From: an uncultured Limnohabitans sp.
Lineage (GTDB): Bacteria; Pseudomonadota; Gammaproteobacteria; Burkholderiales; Burkholderiaceae_C
Direction of reading: 5' to 3'
Length of the DNA stretch: 64,000 bases
Assembly: GCA_937928195.1 (NCBI GenBank)
Contig: CALEYZ010000022.1
Location: forward strand, 2,016 to 66,015
Part shown: in pieces, positions 50,324-60,921 of the stretch
Position numbering within the stretch: position 1 is the stretch's first letter
Layout of the letters: the number at the start of each line of letters is the position of its first letter
Made by a program: the position numbers and the translations under genes
Notes under the pieces: generated by a model
What the model saw: the letters and a program-made list of their open reading frames with translations, nothing else
Told to the model about the DNA's origin: nothing
Database searches by the model: none

Positions 50324-51432
50324 GCAGTACCTTCTCTGATCGCGGTGCGGCGGTTGGGCAACAAACTGCGCCATGTCATGTTGAAATGACGAATCATCAG
50401 CCAGCTGAGTGCAAAAATCAAAGCACCACCGTGCAGCATCAGCATGAATGCGGGCAGGGAGGTGCGGCCTGATGCAATCCAGTTTTGACCTACGTTGACC
50501 ATGTTGTAGTAACCCACAAAGCAAAACAAGGCCACTGCAAGATGGTAGCTTTTACCAACACGCGGATTGACACTCGCCACAGCCAATCCCATCAGCATCA
50601 AATTGAATGCTGCAAGTGCCAAACCTAGACGCCAAGACAGCTCGCCCATGTTGACAGCGCTGGGTGACTGAAACAGCCCCAGGGTGCTGACATTGCGGCT
50701 TTGAACATCACCACTTGCGAGCTTCAATGTGGGGTCGATCAACAATTGGTAATCATTGAACTCAGTGATTCTGATTTCACCGTTTTGGTGATTGCGCAAC
50801 ATTTGCTGTCCTTGTTGCAGACTGAGGAAGCGTTCGCCTTGGTGCCATTCAATTTGGCCTTGCCGTGCTGTTGTGATGGTTTCGATGAACCCGTCCAGGC
50901 TAGAAACAAAAACATGGCGACCCGTTTGGTTGTTGGGACTGTCTTTGTCTATGAAAAAGACACGTTTGCCGCCTGCAGATTCTTGGAATTGGCCAGGCGC
51001 CACGCGCTCAATGTCGTTACGCTGTTCATAACGATCCCGCAGATCTTGGATTTGCTGGTTACTCCATGGCCAAACAAAGAGGGCTAAGAGCGCAATTCCC
51101 AACAAAATAGGCCAAGCAAAACGAAACAATGGTTTGAAAAAAGCAATCAAGCCTTTGCCGCTTGAAAACCAAATGACCATTTCACTGTCTGCGTACATCC
51201 GCGACAGCGTTGAGACAACGGCAATGAACAAGCTCAGTGTCAAAATAGTGGTCAGGTGGCCGATCACCGTCAAGCCCATCACCAACATGACTTCTGAGGG
51301 ATTGACCGATCCACGTGTGGCTTGACCCAAAGTTCGGATCAAAATGATGGTCATCACGATGGTGGCCAAAACCACGACCGTGGCACCAAAACTACGGGCC
51401 AAGTCTTTTCGAATAGAAGAATGGAATAACAT
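50320..51432 (-). CDS. lptF: LPS export ABC permease LptF
   Basis: SRMY.DSEM.IW..SG, PGQFQES, EL.WR; divergent from pepA. Confidence 0.9.
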   Translation of the reverse strand: MLFHSSIRKDLARSFGATVVVLATIVMTIILIRTLGQATRGSVNPSEVMLVMGLTVIGHLTTILTLSLFIAVVSTLSRMYADSEMVIWFSSGKGLIAFFKPLFRFAWPILLGIALLALFVWPWSNQQIQDLRDRYEQRNDIERVAPGQFQESAGGKRVFFIDKDSPNNQTGRHVFVSSLDGFIETITTARQGQIEWHQGERFLSLQQGQQMLRNHQNGEIRITEFNDYQLLIDPTLKLASGDVQSRNVSTLGLFQSPSAVNMGELSWRLGLALAAFNLMLMGLAVASVNPRVGKSYHLAVALFCFVGYYNMVNVGQNWIASGRTSLPAFMLMLHGGALIFALSWLMIRHFNMTWRSLLPNRRTAIREGTA

Positions 51433-51455
51433 TGTTGCGCAGGAAAACCTCAATT

Positions 51456-52937
51456 ATGAACTTCGAATTTAAAACTCTCTCACTGGCAGCCGCTGCCAAA
51501 ACATCCACGGACACCTTGATTGTCCTCATTTCTAACCAATTTAAGGCAGGTAAAGACCCACTTTCTGCACTGATTGAAAAAGCCATCAAGGCCAAAGACC
51601 TCTCAACAAAGACCGGGCAGGCTTTGCATGCCTACGATGTTTCAGGCGTAGCTGCTGGCAAACTCATGATATTGGGAGTGGGCGAGGGTCAAGCCGCTGA
51701 CATTAAAACAGCCCTGTCTGGCGTCACAGGCCTGCTGAAAGCTGCTAACACAGCCAATGTGATGGTTTTGTTTGCCGACAGCTCAAGCCCGCAAAGCCTC
51801 CAAGCGGCCATGCTGGCACTTGCCGATGGCACCTACACATACAGCACGACCAAATCTAAGCCTGTGCCCCGTCATTTGAGTCATGTTCAGTTGGGCGTCA
51901 CAACCGTCACCGCCGACCTGAAACAGGCCTACACCGCCAGTGTCGCCATGGTGCAAGGCATTGAATTTGCCAAAGAGTGGGCGAATCGTCCTGCCAATCA
52001 CGCAACGCCCACCATGCTTGGCAAAACCGCGCAAGCCTTGGCAAAGTCTTCGGGCATGTCATGTGAGGTGCTGGGACCCAAAGAGGTCGCCAAATTGGGA
52101 ATGGGCTCGTTCATGTCCGTGGCGCAGGGCTCTGCAGAGCCATTGCGTTTCATTGTCCTGAAATACCAAGGCGCGGCCAAAACGGAGGCGCCCACAGTCT
52201 TGGTTGGCAAAGGCATTACTTTTGACACGGGGGGGATTTCGATCAAACCTGCCGCAGAAATGGACGAGATGAAATTTGACATGGGTGGGGCTGCCAGTGT
52301 TCTGGGCGTGTTCAAATCTCTCAGCGTTTTGAAGCCTGCCGTCAATGTGATTGGTCTGATTCCTGCCTGCGAAAACATGCCCGACGGTTTGGCAGTCAAA
52401 CCAGGGGATGTGGTCACCAGCATGAGCGGTCAAACGATTGAAATTTTGAACACCGATGCAGAAGGTCGCTTGATCTTGTGCGATGCATTAACCTATGCTG
52501 AGCGTTTCAAGCCCAAAGCTGTGATTGACATTGCGACCCTGACGGGGGCCTGTGTGATTGCCCTCGGTGCTGTTCGATCCGGTATGTTTGCCACAGAAGA
52601 TGGTCTTGCGGATGCATTGCACAAGGCGGGAAAAGACGCCATGGACTTGTGCTGGAGAATGCCTCTGGATGAGGAATATGCCGATGCATTGAAGAGTAAC
52701 TTTGCCGATGTTGCCAATGTCGGCGGCCGTGCTGGCGGTGCTATCACAGCTGCCAAATTCTTGCACCGATTCACCAAAAAGTACGCATGGGCCCATTTGG
52801 ACATTGCTGGGACCGCATGGAAGGGCGGTGCGGCCAAAGGCGCGACAGGGCGTCCTGTCGGATTGTTACTCCATTATTTGTTGGCGCAACAAGTCGCAGC
52901 AAGCAAGGTCAAGTCGGGCAAGGCCCCAAAGGCTTGA
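51456..52937 (+). CDS. pepA: Leucyl aminopeptidase (M17)
   Basis: VGKGITFDTGGISIK, MKFDMGGAA, NTDAEGRL, WAHLDIAGT. Confidence 0.96.
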   Translation: MNFEFKTLSLAAAAKTSTDTLIVLISNQFKAGKDPLSALIEKAIKAKDLSTKTGQALHAYDVSGVAAGKLMILGVGEGQAADIKTALSGVTGLLKAANTANVMVLFADSSSPQSLQAAMLALADGTYTYSTTKSKPVPRHLSHVQLGVTTVTADLKQAYTASVAMVQGIEFAKEWANRPANHATPTMLGKTAQALAKSSGMSCEVLGPKEVAKLGMGSFMSVAQGSAEPLRFIVLKYQGAAKTEAPTVLVGKGITFDTGGISIKPAAEMDEMKFDMGGAASVLGVFKSLSVLKPAVNVIGLIPACENMPDGLAVKPGDVVTSMSGQTIEILNTDAEGRLILCDALTYAERFKPKAVIDIATLTGACVIALGAVRSGMFATEDGLADALHKAGKDAMDLCWRMPLDEEYADALKSNFADVANVGGRAGGAITAAKFLHRFTKKYAWAHLDIAGTAWKGGAAKGATGRPVGLLLHYLLAQQVAASKVKSGKAPKA

Positions 52938-52958
52938 AGAAGTTTGTGAGTTCAGTGA

Positions 52959-53402
52959 ATGACCCAGGTTGATTTCCACTTCAATGCACCAGACAAGTGG
53001 CTCTATGTGAGCCGTTTGCTGCGCAAAGCCAATTCTCAAGGGAAACGGGTGGCGGTTTGGTGCGATGTTCAAACTGCTGAGCGTTTGAATCAATCTTTGT
53101 GGCAACTGGGTGCCACCGACTTTGTATCCCATTGCTTGCTCAGTGAGCCGGCCAACAGGATCAATCAGTCCAGCATTGTCATTTCTGAAGATTGGATGGC
53201 TTTGCGCCAATTGGACGGCATGGATGTTTATTTAAATTTGAACAATTCTGTGCCGGCAGAAATGGACCAACTGCCCCGATTGATCGAGGTTGTTGGCCCC
53301 GATGAGAATGACAAGGTCAGTGCACGACAGCGTTGGAAGCGCTACAGCGATTTGGGATTCAACATCAATCGCTACGATTTGACCACCGCCAGTGCTGCTT
53401 GA
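52959..53402 (+). CDS. holC: DNA polymerase III chi subunit
   Basis: VDFHFN, RLLRKA, LW......F..H, RLIEVV, AR.RW..Y; follows pepA. Confidence 0.88.
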   Translation: MTQVDFHFNAPDKWLYVSRLLRKANSQGKRVAVWCDVQTAERLNQSLWQLGATDFVSHCLLSEPANRINQSSIVISEDWMALRQLDGMDVYLNLNNSVPAEMDQLPRLIEVVGPDENDKVSARQRWKRYSDLGFNINRYDLTTASAA

Positions 53403-53450
53403 GCCTTGTTTTTTTATGAAAAAAAGTGCCTTAATCCATGAAAAGCCTCT

Positions 53451-53478
53451 TTGACACAACACAAAATTGCGTTATTGT
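53451..53478 (+). promoter_or_regulatory. Putative sigma70 promoter of the amino-acid binding protein gene
   Basis: TTGACA, 16-bp spacer, TATTGT. Confidence 0.45.
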
Positions 53479-53526
53479 TGGGTCTTGCTTGATTGAAGCA
53501 AAACAATCTTAATTTCGGAGCTTTGA

Positions 53527-54693
53527 ATGAACTTGTCTTCCCTTAAGACCCCTTTGACAGCCGTTGCGGTGGCCGCGGTTGCCTTGACCCTTGTTGCCTG
53601 CGGCAAAAAAGGTGGCGATGACGCTCAGGTCATCAAAATTGGCCACGTTGGCCCTACCAGCGGTGCCATTGCCCACTTGGGTAAGGACAATGAGAACGGC
53701 GCCAAAATGGCCGTTGAAGAATTGAACGCAGCTGGTTTGAAAATCGGCGACAAAGTTGTCAAGTTCGAATTGTTGGCTGAGGACGACGCTGCTGATCCCA
53801 AACAAGGTACAGCCGCTGCTCAAAAATTGGTCGATGCCAAAGTGCAAGGCGTGATCGGTCACCTCAATTCTGGTACCACGATTCCAGCCTCACAGTTGTA
53901 CAACGCTGCTGGCATTCCCCAAATTTCTCCCTCTGCCACCAATCCTAAGTACACCCGCCAAGGTTACGCCGGTGCGTTCCGCGTTGTGGCTGACGACGTG
54001 CACCTGGGTGGCACATTGGGCAAGTACGCTGTTGAAACACTCAAGGGCAAAAACATTGCTGTGATCGATGACCGTACAGCTTACGGTCAAGGCGTGGCTG
54101 AAGAATTCGAAAAAGCAGTGAAAGCTGCTGGTGGCAACTTGGTTGGCCACGAGTTCACAACCGACAAAGCCTCCGATTTCAACTCCATCCTCACCACACT
54201 CAAAGGCAAAAAGCCTGACGTCGTGTTCTTCGGTGGTATGGACGCGGTTGCGGGCCCTATGCTCAAGCAAATGAAACAATTGGGCATCAACGCCAAGTTC
54301 ATGGGTGGCGACGGCATCTGCACTTCCGAATTGGCCAAATTGGCTGCTGAAGGCATGGCCGATGACAGCGTGTTCTGCGCTGAAGCCGGTGGTGTTGAAG
54401 GCGAACAAAAAGCGGGCATGGACAAGTTCCGTGCTGACTTCAAAGCCAAGTTCAACGCCGATGTGCAAGTGTATGCACCCTACGTTTACGATGCTGTCAA
54501 AGTCATGGCTCAAGCCATGGTGACGGCTGGCTCATCTGATCCAGCCAAGTACTTGCCCGCATTGAAAGCGATCAACTACAAAGGTGTGACAGGCAACATT
54601 GCATTTGACGAAAAAGGCGACATCAAAAATGGCGCATTGACTTTGTACACTTACAAAGCCGGCAAGCGCGAGCAAATTGCTGTGGTTCGTTAA
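53527..54693 (+). CDS. Branched-chain amino acid ABC substrate-binding lipoprotein (LivK/LivJ-like)
   Basis: Lipobox LVAC, EDDAADPKQG, GHLNSGT, SPSATNP, DDRTAYGQG. Confidence 0.92.
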   Translation: MNLSSLKTPLTAVAVAAVALTLVACGKKGGDDAQVIKIGHVGPTSGAIAHLGKDNENGAKMAVEELNAAGLKIGDKVVKFELLAEDDAADPKQGTAAAQKLVDAKVQGVIGHLNSGTTIPASQLYNAAGIPQISPSATNPKYTRQGYAGAFRVVADDVHLGGTLGKYAVETLKGKNIAVIDDRTAYGQGVAEEFEKAVKAAGGNLVGHEFTTDKASDFNSILTTLKGKKPDVVFFGGMDAVAGPMLKQMKQLGINAKFMGGDGICTSELAKLAAEGMADDSVFCAEAGGVEGEQKAGMDKFRADFKAKFNADVQVYAPYVYDAVKVMAQAMVTAGSSDPAKYLPALKAINYKGVTGNIAFDEKGDIKNGALTLYTYKAGKREQIAVVR

Positions 54694-54738
54694 TCCACCC
54701 CTGCAATCCAAATCGAATGGGCCCTCGGGCCCACTCTG

Positions 54739-54766
54739 AAGCCCCGATTAAGTCGGGGCTTTTTTT
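54739..54766 (+). terminator. Intrinsic terminator
   Basis: AAGCCCCGA-TTAAG-TCGGGGC followed by a T run; a smaller hairpin TGGGCCC-TC-GGGCCCA precedes it. Confidence 0.85.
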
Positions 54767-54784
54767 ATGCACGTTTTTTTTGAC

Positions 54785-56824
54785 TTAAGCCAGACCGCGC
54801 TTTGTCAGAAGAGGTGTGACCGTGGGCGCACGCCCTCTAAAGGCAATGTACGCACTCATGGGGTCTTGTCGATTGCCGGCAGCGTAAATGTGCTCATACA
54901 GTTTTTGCGCAGGTTCAGCTGCAAATAAATCACCTGCTTCTAAAAAGGCATCAAACCCATCGGCGTCAAGGACTTCAGCCCACATGTAAACGTAATAGGC
55001 AGATGCGTAGCTGTTGGATGAAAACAAGTGTGAGAAGTGTGGCAAGCGATGACGCATACCAATGGCGGGCGGCATGTCAATGGACTTCAAGGTGTCGGCC
55101 TCAAATTTTTTGAAATCTAGGCTGTCCAACTCTGTGGTTTCGTGAAGTGCCAAATCAACCAGGGCGGACGAGACATACTCTACCGTGGTGAAGCCTTGGT
55201 TGAAGGTTTGTGCGTCCAAGATCTTTTGAATCAATGCGTCGGGCATGGGCTGCCCGGTCTCAGCATGCAGTGCAAACTGCTTCAATATTTGCGGTTGCAT
55301 CAACCAGTTTTCGTAGACCTGCGAAGGAAACTCTACAAAGTCACGCAAAACACTGGTACCCGACAGTCGAGGAAACCGAACCTGTGACAACAGGCCGTGC
55401 AAACCATGGCCAAACTCATGGAACAAAGTGCGGGCGTCGTCTAAGCTCAAAAGTGTTGCTTGACCCGCGGGTGCTTGCGAGAAATTATTGTTGTTGACCA
55501 CAATAGGACGCACAGGCGTTGTCAAATGCATCGGATCGCGGTAGGTGCTCATCCAAGCACCCGATCGCTTGGTGCTTCTGGCAAAGTTATCGCTTAAGAA
55601 GAGCCCAACGTGTTGGCCATGCCGGTCCGTGACCTCCCAACCCGTCACAGTTTCATGGTACTTCTCAATGTCCTTGACCTCTTTAAAGTTCACACCAAAG
55701 AGCTTGTGCGCCACATGAAACATGGCCGCCATGAGTTGATGCAGTTGCAGATAGGGCTTGATTTCAGCTTCGTTTAAATCGTATTTTTCTTTGCGAACAC
55801 GCTCAGTCCAGTAATGCCAATCCCAAGCTTGAAGGTCTTCTAAGCCTGAAAGTTGTTGCAAGTCTTCGCGCTCCTGAAGCGCTTTCAAGCGGGCAGGGGC
55901 CCAGACGCGTGTGAGCAGATCGCGTGCTTGCTTGGCACTGCCTGCCATGGTGTCAGCCAAGGCATATTCAGAGAAGTCTTTGTAACCCAGCAAGCGCGCT
56001 TGCGCCAAACGCAGTTGAAGGATTTCTTTCATGATGGGCTCGTTGTTGTGAGGCCCTTTGTTCTCACCGCGTTGACACCATGCCGTCCACATGGTTTGTC
56101 TCAGGTCCCTGCGATCAGAGAAGGTCATGAAGGGGGTGAGAGAGGAACGTGACAGGGTGAACGCGTGTGCATTGGCTTGGGTCAGACCCCGCTCCTTGGC
56201 CAATTGTTTGGCTGCACTTCGGACAAATTCAGGGAGTCCTGAGAGTTCATCTTCGCTTGTCAACGTCAGGCAAAACGCCGATTCATCTGCCAGCACATTT
56301 TGTGAAAAAGTGGTGAAGAGCGTTGCTAATTTTTCTGCATTCTGAGCAAACGCTTGTCGGTCTTCGGCTTTGAGTTTGGCGCCTGCCCTTACAAAATCCA
56401 AATGGTATCGCTGAAGCAAACGTTGACGCTCTGGGTCCAGATGCAAGTTGGCTTGTTGTTGCACAAGAGCCTCAATGCGATCGAACAAAGCCGCATTCAA
56501 ATACAAAGCGGCTGAATGGGCCGCCAATTTGGGGGCCATTTCGCGTTCGATTCGTTGAATTTCAGGAGAACTGTGGGATGCACTGAGGTTGAAAAACACA
56601 TTGGATGTTTGATTCAACAATTCGCCACTGGCTTCGAGTGCGATCAAGGTGTTGTCAAAGCTTGCCGGCTCAGGATTGTGTGAAATGGCCAAAATTTCAG
56701 CTTGATGCTGTTGCAGGCCTTTTTCAAACGCTTCCTCAAAGTGAGCCGCTTTGATCGATTCAAACGGGGGCATGCCGAAGGGTGTGTGCCATTGTTGTAA
56801 GAGAGGATTTGTCATCAGGGTCAT
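54785..56824 (-). CDS. dcp: M3 family metallopeptidase (peptidyl-dipeptidase Dcp-like)
   Basis: NPLL, KRSGAWM, FHEFGHGLH, RDFVEFPSQ..E, YSA/YYVY.WAEVLDAD-type C-terminal motif. Confidence 0.9.
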   Translation of the reverse strand: MTLMTNPLLQQWHTPFGMPPFESIKAAHFEEAFEKGLQQHQAEILAISHNPEPASFDNTLIALEASGELLNQTSNVFFNLSASHSSPEIQRIEREMAPKLAAHSAALYLNAALFDRIEALVQQQANLHLDPERQRLLQRYHLDFVRAGAKLKAEDRQAFAQNAEKLATLFTTFSQNVLADESAFCLTLTSEDELSGLPEFVRSAAKQLAKERGLTQANAHAFTLSRSSLTPFMTFSDRRDLRQTMWTAWCQRGENKGPHNNEPIMKEILQLRLAQARLLGYKDFSEYALADTMAGSAKQARDLLTRVWAPARLKALQEREDLQQLSGLEDLQAWDWHYWTERVRKEKYDLNEAEIKPYLQLHQLMAAMFHVAHKLFGVNFKEVKDIEKYHETVTGWEVTDRHGQHVGLFLSDNFARSTKRSGAWMSTYRDPMHLTTPVRPIVVNNNNFSQAPAGQATLLSLDDARTLFHEFGHGLHGLLSQVRFPRLSGTSVLRDFVEFPSQVYENWLMQPQILKQFALHAETGQPMPDALIQKILDAQTFNQGFTTVEYVSSALVDLALHETTELDSLDFKKFEADTLKSIDMPPAIGMRHRLPHFSHLFSSNSYASAYYVYMWAEVLDADGFDAFLEAGDLFAAEPAQKLYEHIYAAGNRQDPMSAYIAFRGRAPTVTPLLTKRGLA

Positions 56825-56991
56825 GGTGTTTAAAAGCTGAAGTCGTGTGAACTAAGGGTTAACCTGACTGCTCGTGAAAGCCATCAAAATACCCTTCAAA
56901 ATTTAAGAAAACAGAGAAGAGGGCATGAATTAGATTATTCTCCAAACTTGGAAGAATGGGTGCCCGTGAGGGTGAAATAACCATATAGAGG

Positions 56992-58854
56992 ATGTCTGTG
57001 GATTTTGTGAAGCGTTTGAATTTGACCGGTCAATGGTCCCTCCAAAGGACCTTGCATTGGGATTGGCCACAGCGATGGATCGGCGTTGCGCTGTTGTTGA
57101 GCGTTCAGCTTGCCTTTGCCAATCCAACACCTGATCCAAAAGCCAATCCAGCGGATCCCGACAAGGTCTTGCGGATTGCCTTTCCAAGCACGGAAACAGG
57201 ATTTGATCCTGTCCGCGTCAATGACTTGTATTCCAACACCATCACAGCTGCCATTTTTCAGCCCCTGCTCACGTACGATTGGATGGCGATGCCAACGCGC
57301 ATCGTTCCTGATGCCGCAGAGGCCATGCCGGACATTTCTGCCGATGGTAAAACCTACACTTTCAAAGTCAAAAAGGGTTTGTTTTTCACACCCGATGCCG
57401 CTTTCAAAGGCCATCGCCGCGAATTGACGGCACAGGATTTTGTCTTCACGTTGCTCAGGCACGCAGACCCCAAAAACAGAAGCCCCCAAGTTTCAGATTT
57501 TGATGACAAAATTTTTGGTTTTGCAGACTCCCGAAAAAAAGCGGTGGTCAGTGGCAAGTTTGACTATGACCAACGGCATCCCGGCATTTATGCGGTAGAC
57601 CGTTACACCTTGGTCATTCACTTGGTGCAACCTGATCGAAATTTTCTGACCTTGCTGACCAACCCTTTTGCAGGGGCCATGGCGCGTGAGGTGGTTGACC
57701 AATATGGTTTTGAGGGACTGATGGCCAACCCTGTCGGGACGGGCCCCTACATCTTGGATAAATGGGTGCGCGGCTCCAAAATTATTTTGAAAGCCAATCC
57801 GGAGTACCCAGCATTTGTTTGGAATTTCGAACCGCCTGCCAACAATCCCGTTGAGCTGCGCATTGCCAATCAGATGCAAGGCCGACGCATGCCCCAAATT
57901 GGCCGAGTTGAAGTCAGCATCATTGAAGAGCCTCAATCCATGTGGCTTGCGTTCAGTGGCAAGGAAATTGATGCTGTCGCCGTGCCGCCTTCTTTCATTG
58001 AGAAGGCATTGACCCCCAAAAATGACTTGCTTCAAACTTGGGTGGCCGAAGGCGTGAACATGTACCGCAGTGTGGAGCCTGACATTCGCTACCAATTTTT
58101 CAACATGAAGGACCCCATCATTGGGGGCTACACGCCAGAAAAAATCGCTTTGCGTCGGGCCATCATCATGGGCTTTGACGTCGATGAAGAGATTCGCGTG
58201 ATACGCAAAGGGCAGGCCGTCAAAGCCCAACAAATGGTTTCGCCGGTGATTGCCGGTCATGATCCTGCTTACAAGAGTTTGGTCAAGTTCAGTCCCCTGT
58301 CTGCCAATGCGCTGTTAGACCAGTTTGGTTACAAGAAAGACGCCAAAGGCTACCGCTCAATGCCAGATGGCAAGCCACTGGTCTTCACCATTTATTCATC
58401 AACCTCGTCGATTGACCGAGAGCGTGACGAGTTGTGGAAAAAGTCCATGGACCGTTTGGGCATTCGTTTGAAAGTTAAAAAAGACAAGTTCCCAGAGATG
58501 CTGAAGCAAGGCAAGCAGTGTGCCATTCCATCTTGGGCATTGGGTTGGACAAGGTCCGCAGAGGCCGAGTTTGTGATGAAGTTGTTGTACTCCAAAACAA
58601 TTGGCCAGAACAACTACGCTTGCTTCGAAAATGCCGAATACGATGCTTATTTCGAAAAACTCAAAAGACTGCCGGATGGGCCAGAGCGAGTTCGCGTCTT
58701 GCAAAACATGTACCGCTTGATGGAGGTCAATGGCGTTTTAGGTCTGAGCTCTACCGGAATTGCGACAAGGCTCAGTCATCAACGTTTGGAAGGCTATCGC
58801 AAGCACCCCTTGTTGTTGGGCGACTGGATTTACTATGACATTCAAAAACAATAA
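56992..58854 (+). CDS. Peptide ABC transporter substrate-binding protein (family 5)
   Basis: ETGFDP, S.DGKTYTF, PVGTGPY.L..W, LRRAI; start codon uncertain. Confidence 0.88.
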   Translation: MSVDFVKRLNLTGQWSLQRTLHWDWPQRWIGVALLLSVQLAFANPTPDPKANPADPDKVLRIAFPSTETGFDPVRVNDLYSNTITAAIFQPLLTYDWMAMPTRIVPDAAEAMPDISADGKTYTFKVKKGLFFTPDAAFKGHRRELTAQDFVFTLLRHADPKNRSPQVSDFDDKIFGFADSRKKAVVSGKFDYDQRHPGIYAVDRYTLVIHLVQPDRNFLTLLTNPFAGAMAREVVDQYGFEGLMANPVGTGPYILDKWVRGSKIILKANPEYPAFVWNFEPPANNPVELRIANQMQGRRMPQIGRVEVSIIEEPQSMWLAFSGKEIDAVAVPPSFIEKALTPKNDLLQTWVAEGVNMYRSVEPDIRYQFFNMKDPIIGGYTPEKIALRRAIIMGFDVDEEIRVIRKGQAVKAQQMVSPVIAGHDPAYKSLVKFSPLSANALLDQFGYKKDAKGYRSMPDGKPLVFTIYSSTSSIDRERDELWKKSMDRLGIRLKVKKDKFPEMLKQGKQCAIPSWALGWTRSAEAEFVMKLLYSKTIGQNNYACFENAEYDAYFEKLKRLPDGPERVRVLQNMYRLMEVNGVLGLSSTGIATRLSHQRLEGYRKHPLLLGDWIYYDIQKQ

Positions 58855-58866
58855 AGGAGGCCAGCG

Positions 58867-59805
58867 ATGAGTGCTTATGTCCTGCGTCGTCTATGGCAAA
58901 TGATCCCCACCTTGGCGGGCGTGATTTTGTTGGTGTTTTTCCTGTTCAACTGGATTGGCGGTGACCCCGCTTATGTGTTGGCGGGCTTGTTTTCAAACCA
59001 AGAACAAATTGACAGCATTCGCGCGGAATTGGGTTTGGACCAACCGCTGTGGATGCAACTGTGGATTTTTGTCAAACAAGTTGCCACCTTCAATTTCGGC
59101 AACAGCTGGACCACCGGTGAATCGGTGGCTGATATTTTTGCAACCCGTCTGCCTGCTTCACTGACATTAATGGCCCCCTTGTTGCTCATTGAAACCGTCA
59201 TCGCTTTGGTGTTGGCTGTTGGACTGGCATGGGTGCGGGGTTCATCGGTTGACCGAGGAACCATGGTCGTTTTCACAGCCTTGATGTCCGTCAGCATTTT
59301 GGTTTTCATCATTTTAGGTCAGTACATTCTGGCTTACCGATTGGGCTGGTTTCCAGTGCAGGGCTGGAGTGACAATTACTGGAAGAACCTCAGTACCTAT
59401 GCACCATTGCCCATTTTGCTGGGCTTGCTGGTGAGCATTGCACCCAATACGCGTTTGTTCAGAAGTTTTGTGCTGGACGAAGTTGATCAAGACTATGTCA
59501 GAACGGCACGTGCAAAAGGGCTGTCCGAACCGAGAGTGATGTTCATTCACGTGTTGCGCAATGCACTGATTCCGGTCATTACCTTTGTCATTTCCAACTT
59601 GCCTGGCTTGTTGCTGGGCGCCTTCTTGTTGGAACGTTTTTTTGGCATCCCAGGTGTGGGCCGCGAAATCATTCTGGCGGTTGAGCGCAGTGACTTTCCC
59701 GTGATCAAGGCGGTCACTATTTATGTCGCCATGGCCACCATGATTTTTAACTTGATTGGCGATGTGTTGTACCGTTTCACTGACCCACGTGTTCAATTGC
59801 GTTGA
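58867..59805 (+). CDS. Peptide ABC transporter permease (OppB/DppB-like)
   Basis: DYVRTARAKGL, HVLRNA, D.PVI, DPRV. Confidence 0.92.
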   Translation: MSAYVLRRLWQMIPTLAGVILLVFFLFNWIGGDPAYVLAGLFSNQEQIDSIRAELGLDQPLWMQLWIFVKQVATFNFGNSWTTGESVADIFATRLPASLTLMAPLLLIETVIALVLAVGLAWVRGSSVDRGTMVVFTALMSVSILVFIILGQYILAYRLGWFPVQGWSDNYWKNLSTYAPLPILLGLLVSIAPNTRLFRSFVLDEVDQDYVRTARAKGLSEPRVMFIHVLRNALIPVITFVISNLPGLLLGAFLLERFFGIPGVGREIILAVERSDFPVIKAVTIYVAMATMIFNLIGDVLYRFTDPRVQLR

Positions 59806-59832
59806 TTCAATACTGAATCATTTTTTCATGAC

Positions 59833-60894
59833 ATGATGCAAACAACTATTTCATCTCCTGCGAATGTGCCTTCTGTTGCCTCGAGTGAAGGTGCATGGGC
59901 TTTGGCCTGGCGCAGGTTCAAATCAGACCGTGTGGGTGTATGGAGTGGCGTCACTGTCATTTTCAGTTTGATGCTGGTGTTGTCAACATTGCTGGGCTCC
60001 GTCGCATCCGATTGGGAAAAAGAGGTGGCCATCAGTCACGCGCCGCCTTCGTGGGCGGTGGGAGATTTGCAAGCAAGCTCTGATGCCAAAGCGGTACCTG
60101 AAGTCGTTTTCTATGAGCCTACGCCCACAGATGTTGTCGATCCAATCGCATCGGAATGGGCGTTGGCACAAAAGGCAGTCAAACCTGTTGGCAATCAAGT
60201 CAATGCACTGGCCACAAGCTTGCCCATGGGGTCGGACAAATGGGGCAGGGATGTCTTGTCAAAAACCATCAAAGGCGCAGAGACCAGTATTTTGGTGGGC
60301 TTGGCTGCGGCGCTGATGGCGACGCTGCTGGGATCCGTGCTGGGCGCTGTGTCAGGTTGGTATGGCGGGTTGGTCGATGATTTGAGCAACTGGCTGTACA
60401 ACGTTTTTCATTCCATTCCAGGCATATTGTTAATCTTGGCCATCGCCGCGGTGTTGAACACCAAGGGCAGCGTGGCGGTCGTCATCATTTTGGGGACGAC
60501 GGGCTGGACCGGGACTTACCGTTTGATGCGGGGTGAGTACCTGAAGCATCGCAATCGAGATTACGTCCGCGCTGCAGATGCCATTGGTGCGTCTCACAGT
60601 CGACGCATGTTCGTTCACATCTTGCCCAATGTCAGTCACGTCATCTTGGTTCAGTTTTCTTTGTTAACTGTCTCTTGCATCAAGGCTGAAGTGATTCTGT
60701 CGTTCCTCGGATTTGGCGTACCAGTTGACGGCGTATCTTGGGGAACCATGCTGACGGAAGCGCAAAACGACCTGTTGGTTGGCAAGTGGTGGCAGTTGTT
60801 GTCTGCAACTTTGGCCATGTCGATTTTTGTCACAGCGCTATCTCTGTTGACCGATTCATTGCGCGATGCTTTGGATCCCAAAGTGATTCATTGA
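59833..60894 (+). CDS. Peptide ABC transporter permease (OppC/DppC-like)
   Basis: GSD.WGRDV, YV.AA.AIGAS, HILPN, SWG.ML, LRDALDP. Confidence 0.92.
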   Translation: MMQTTISSPANVPSVASSEGAWALAWRRFKSDRVGVWSGVTVIFSLMLVLSTLLGSVASDWEKEVAISHAPPSWAVGDLQASSDAKAVPEVVFYEPTPTDVVDPIASEWALAQKAVKPVGNQVNALATSLPMGSDKWGRDVLSKTIKGAETSILVGLAAALMATLLGSVLGAVSGWYGGLVDDLSNWLYNVFHSIPGILLILAIAAVLNTKGSVAVVIILGTTGWTGTYRLMRGEYLKHRNRDYVRAADAIGASHSRRMFVHILPNVSHVILVQFSLLTVSCIKAEVILSFLGFGVPVDGVSWGTMLTEAQNDLLVGKWWQLLSATLAMSIFVTALSLLTDSLRDALDPKVIH

Positions 60895-60921
60895 TTAGAT
60901 TCTAAAAAACAATTTTGCAGC

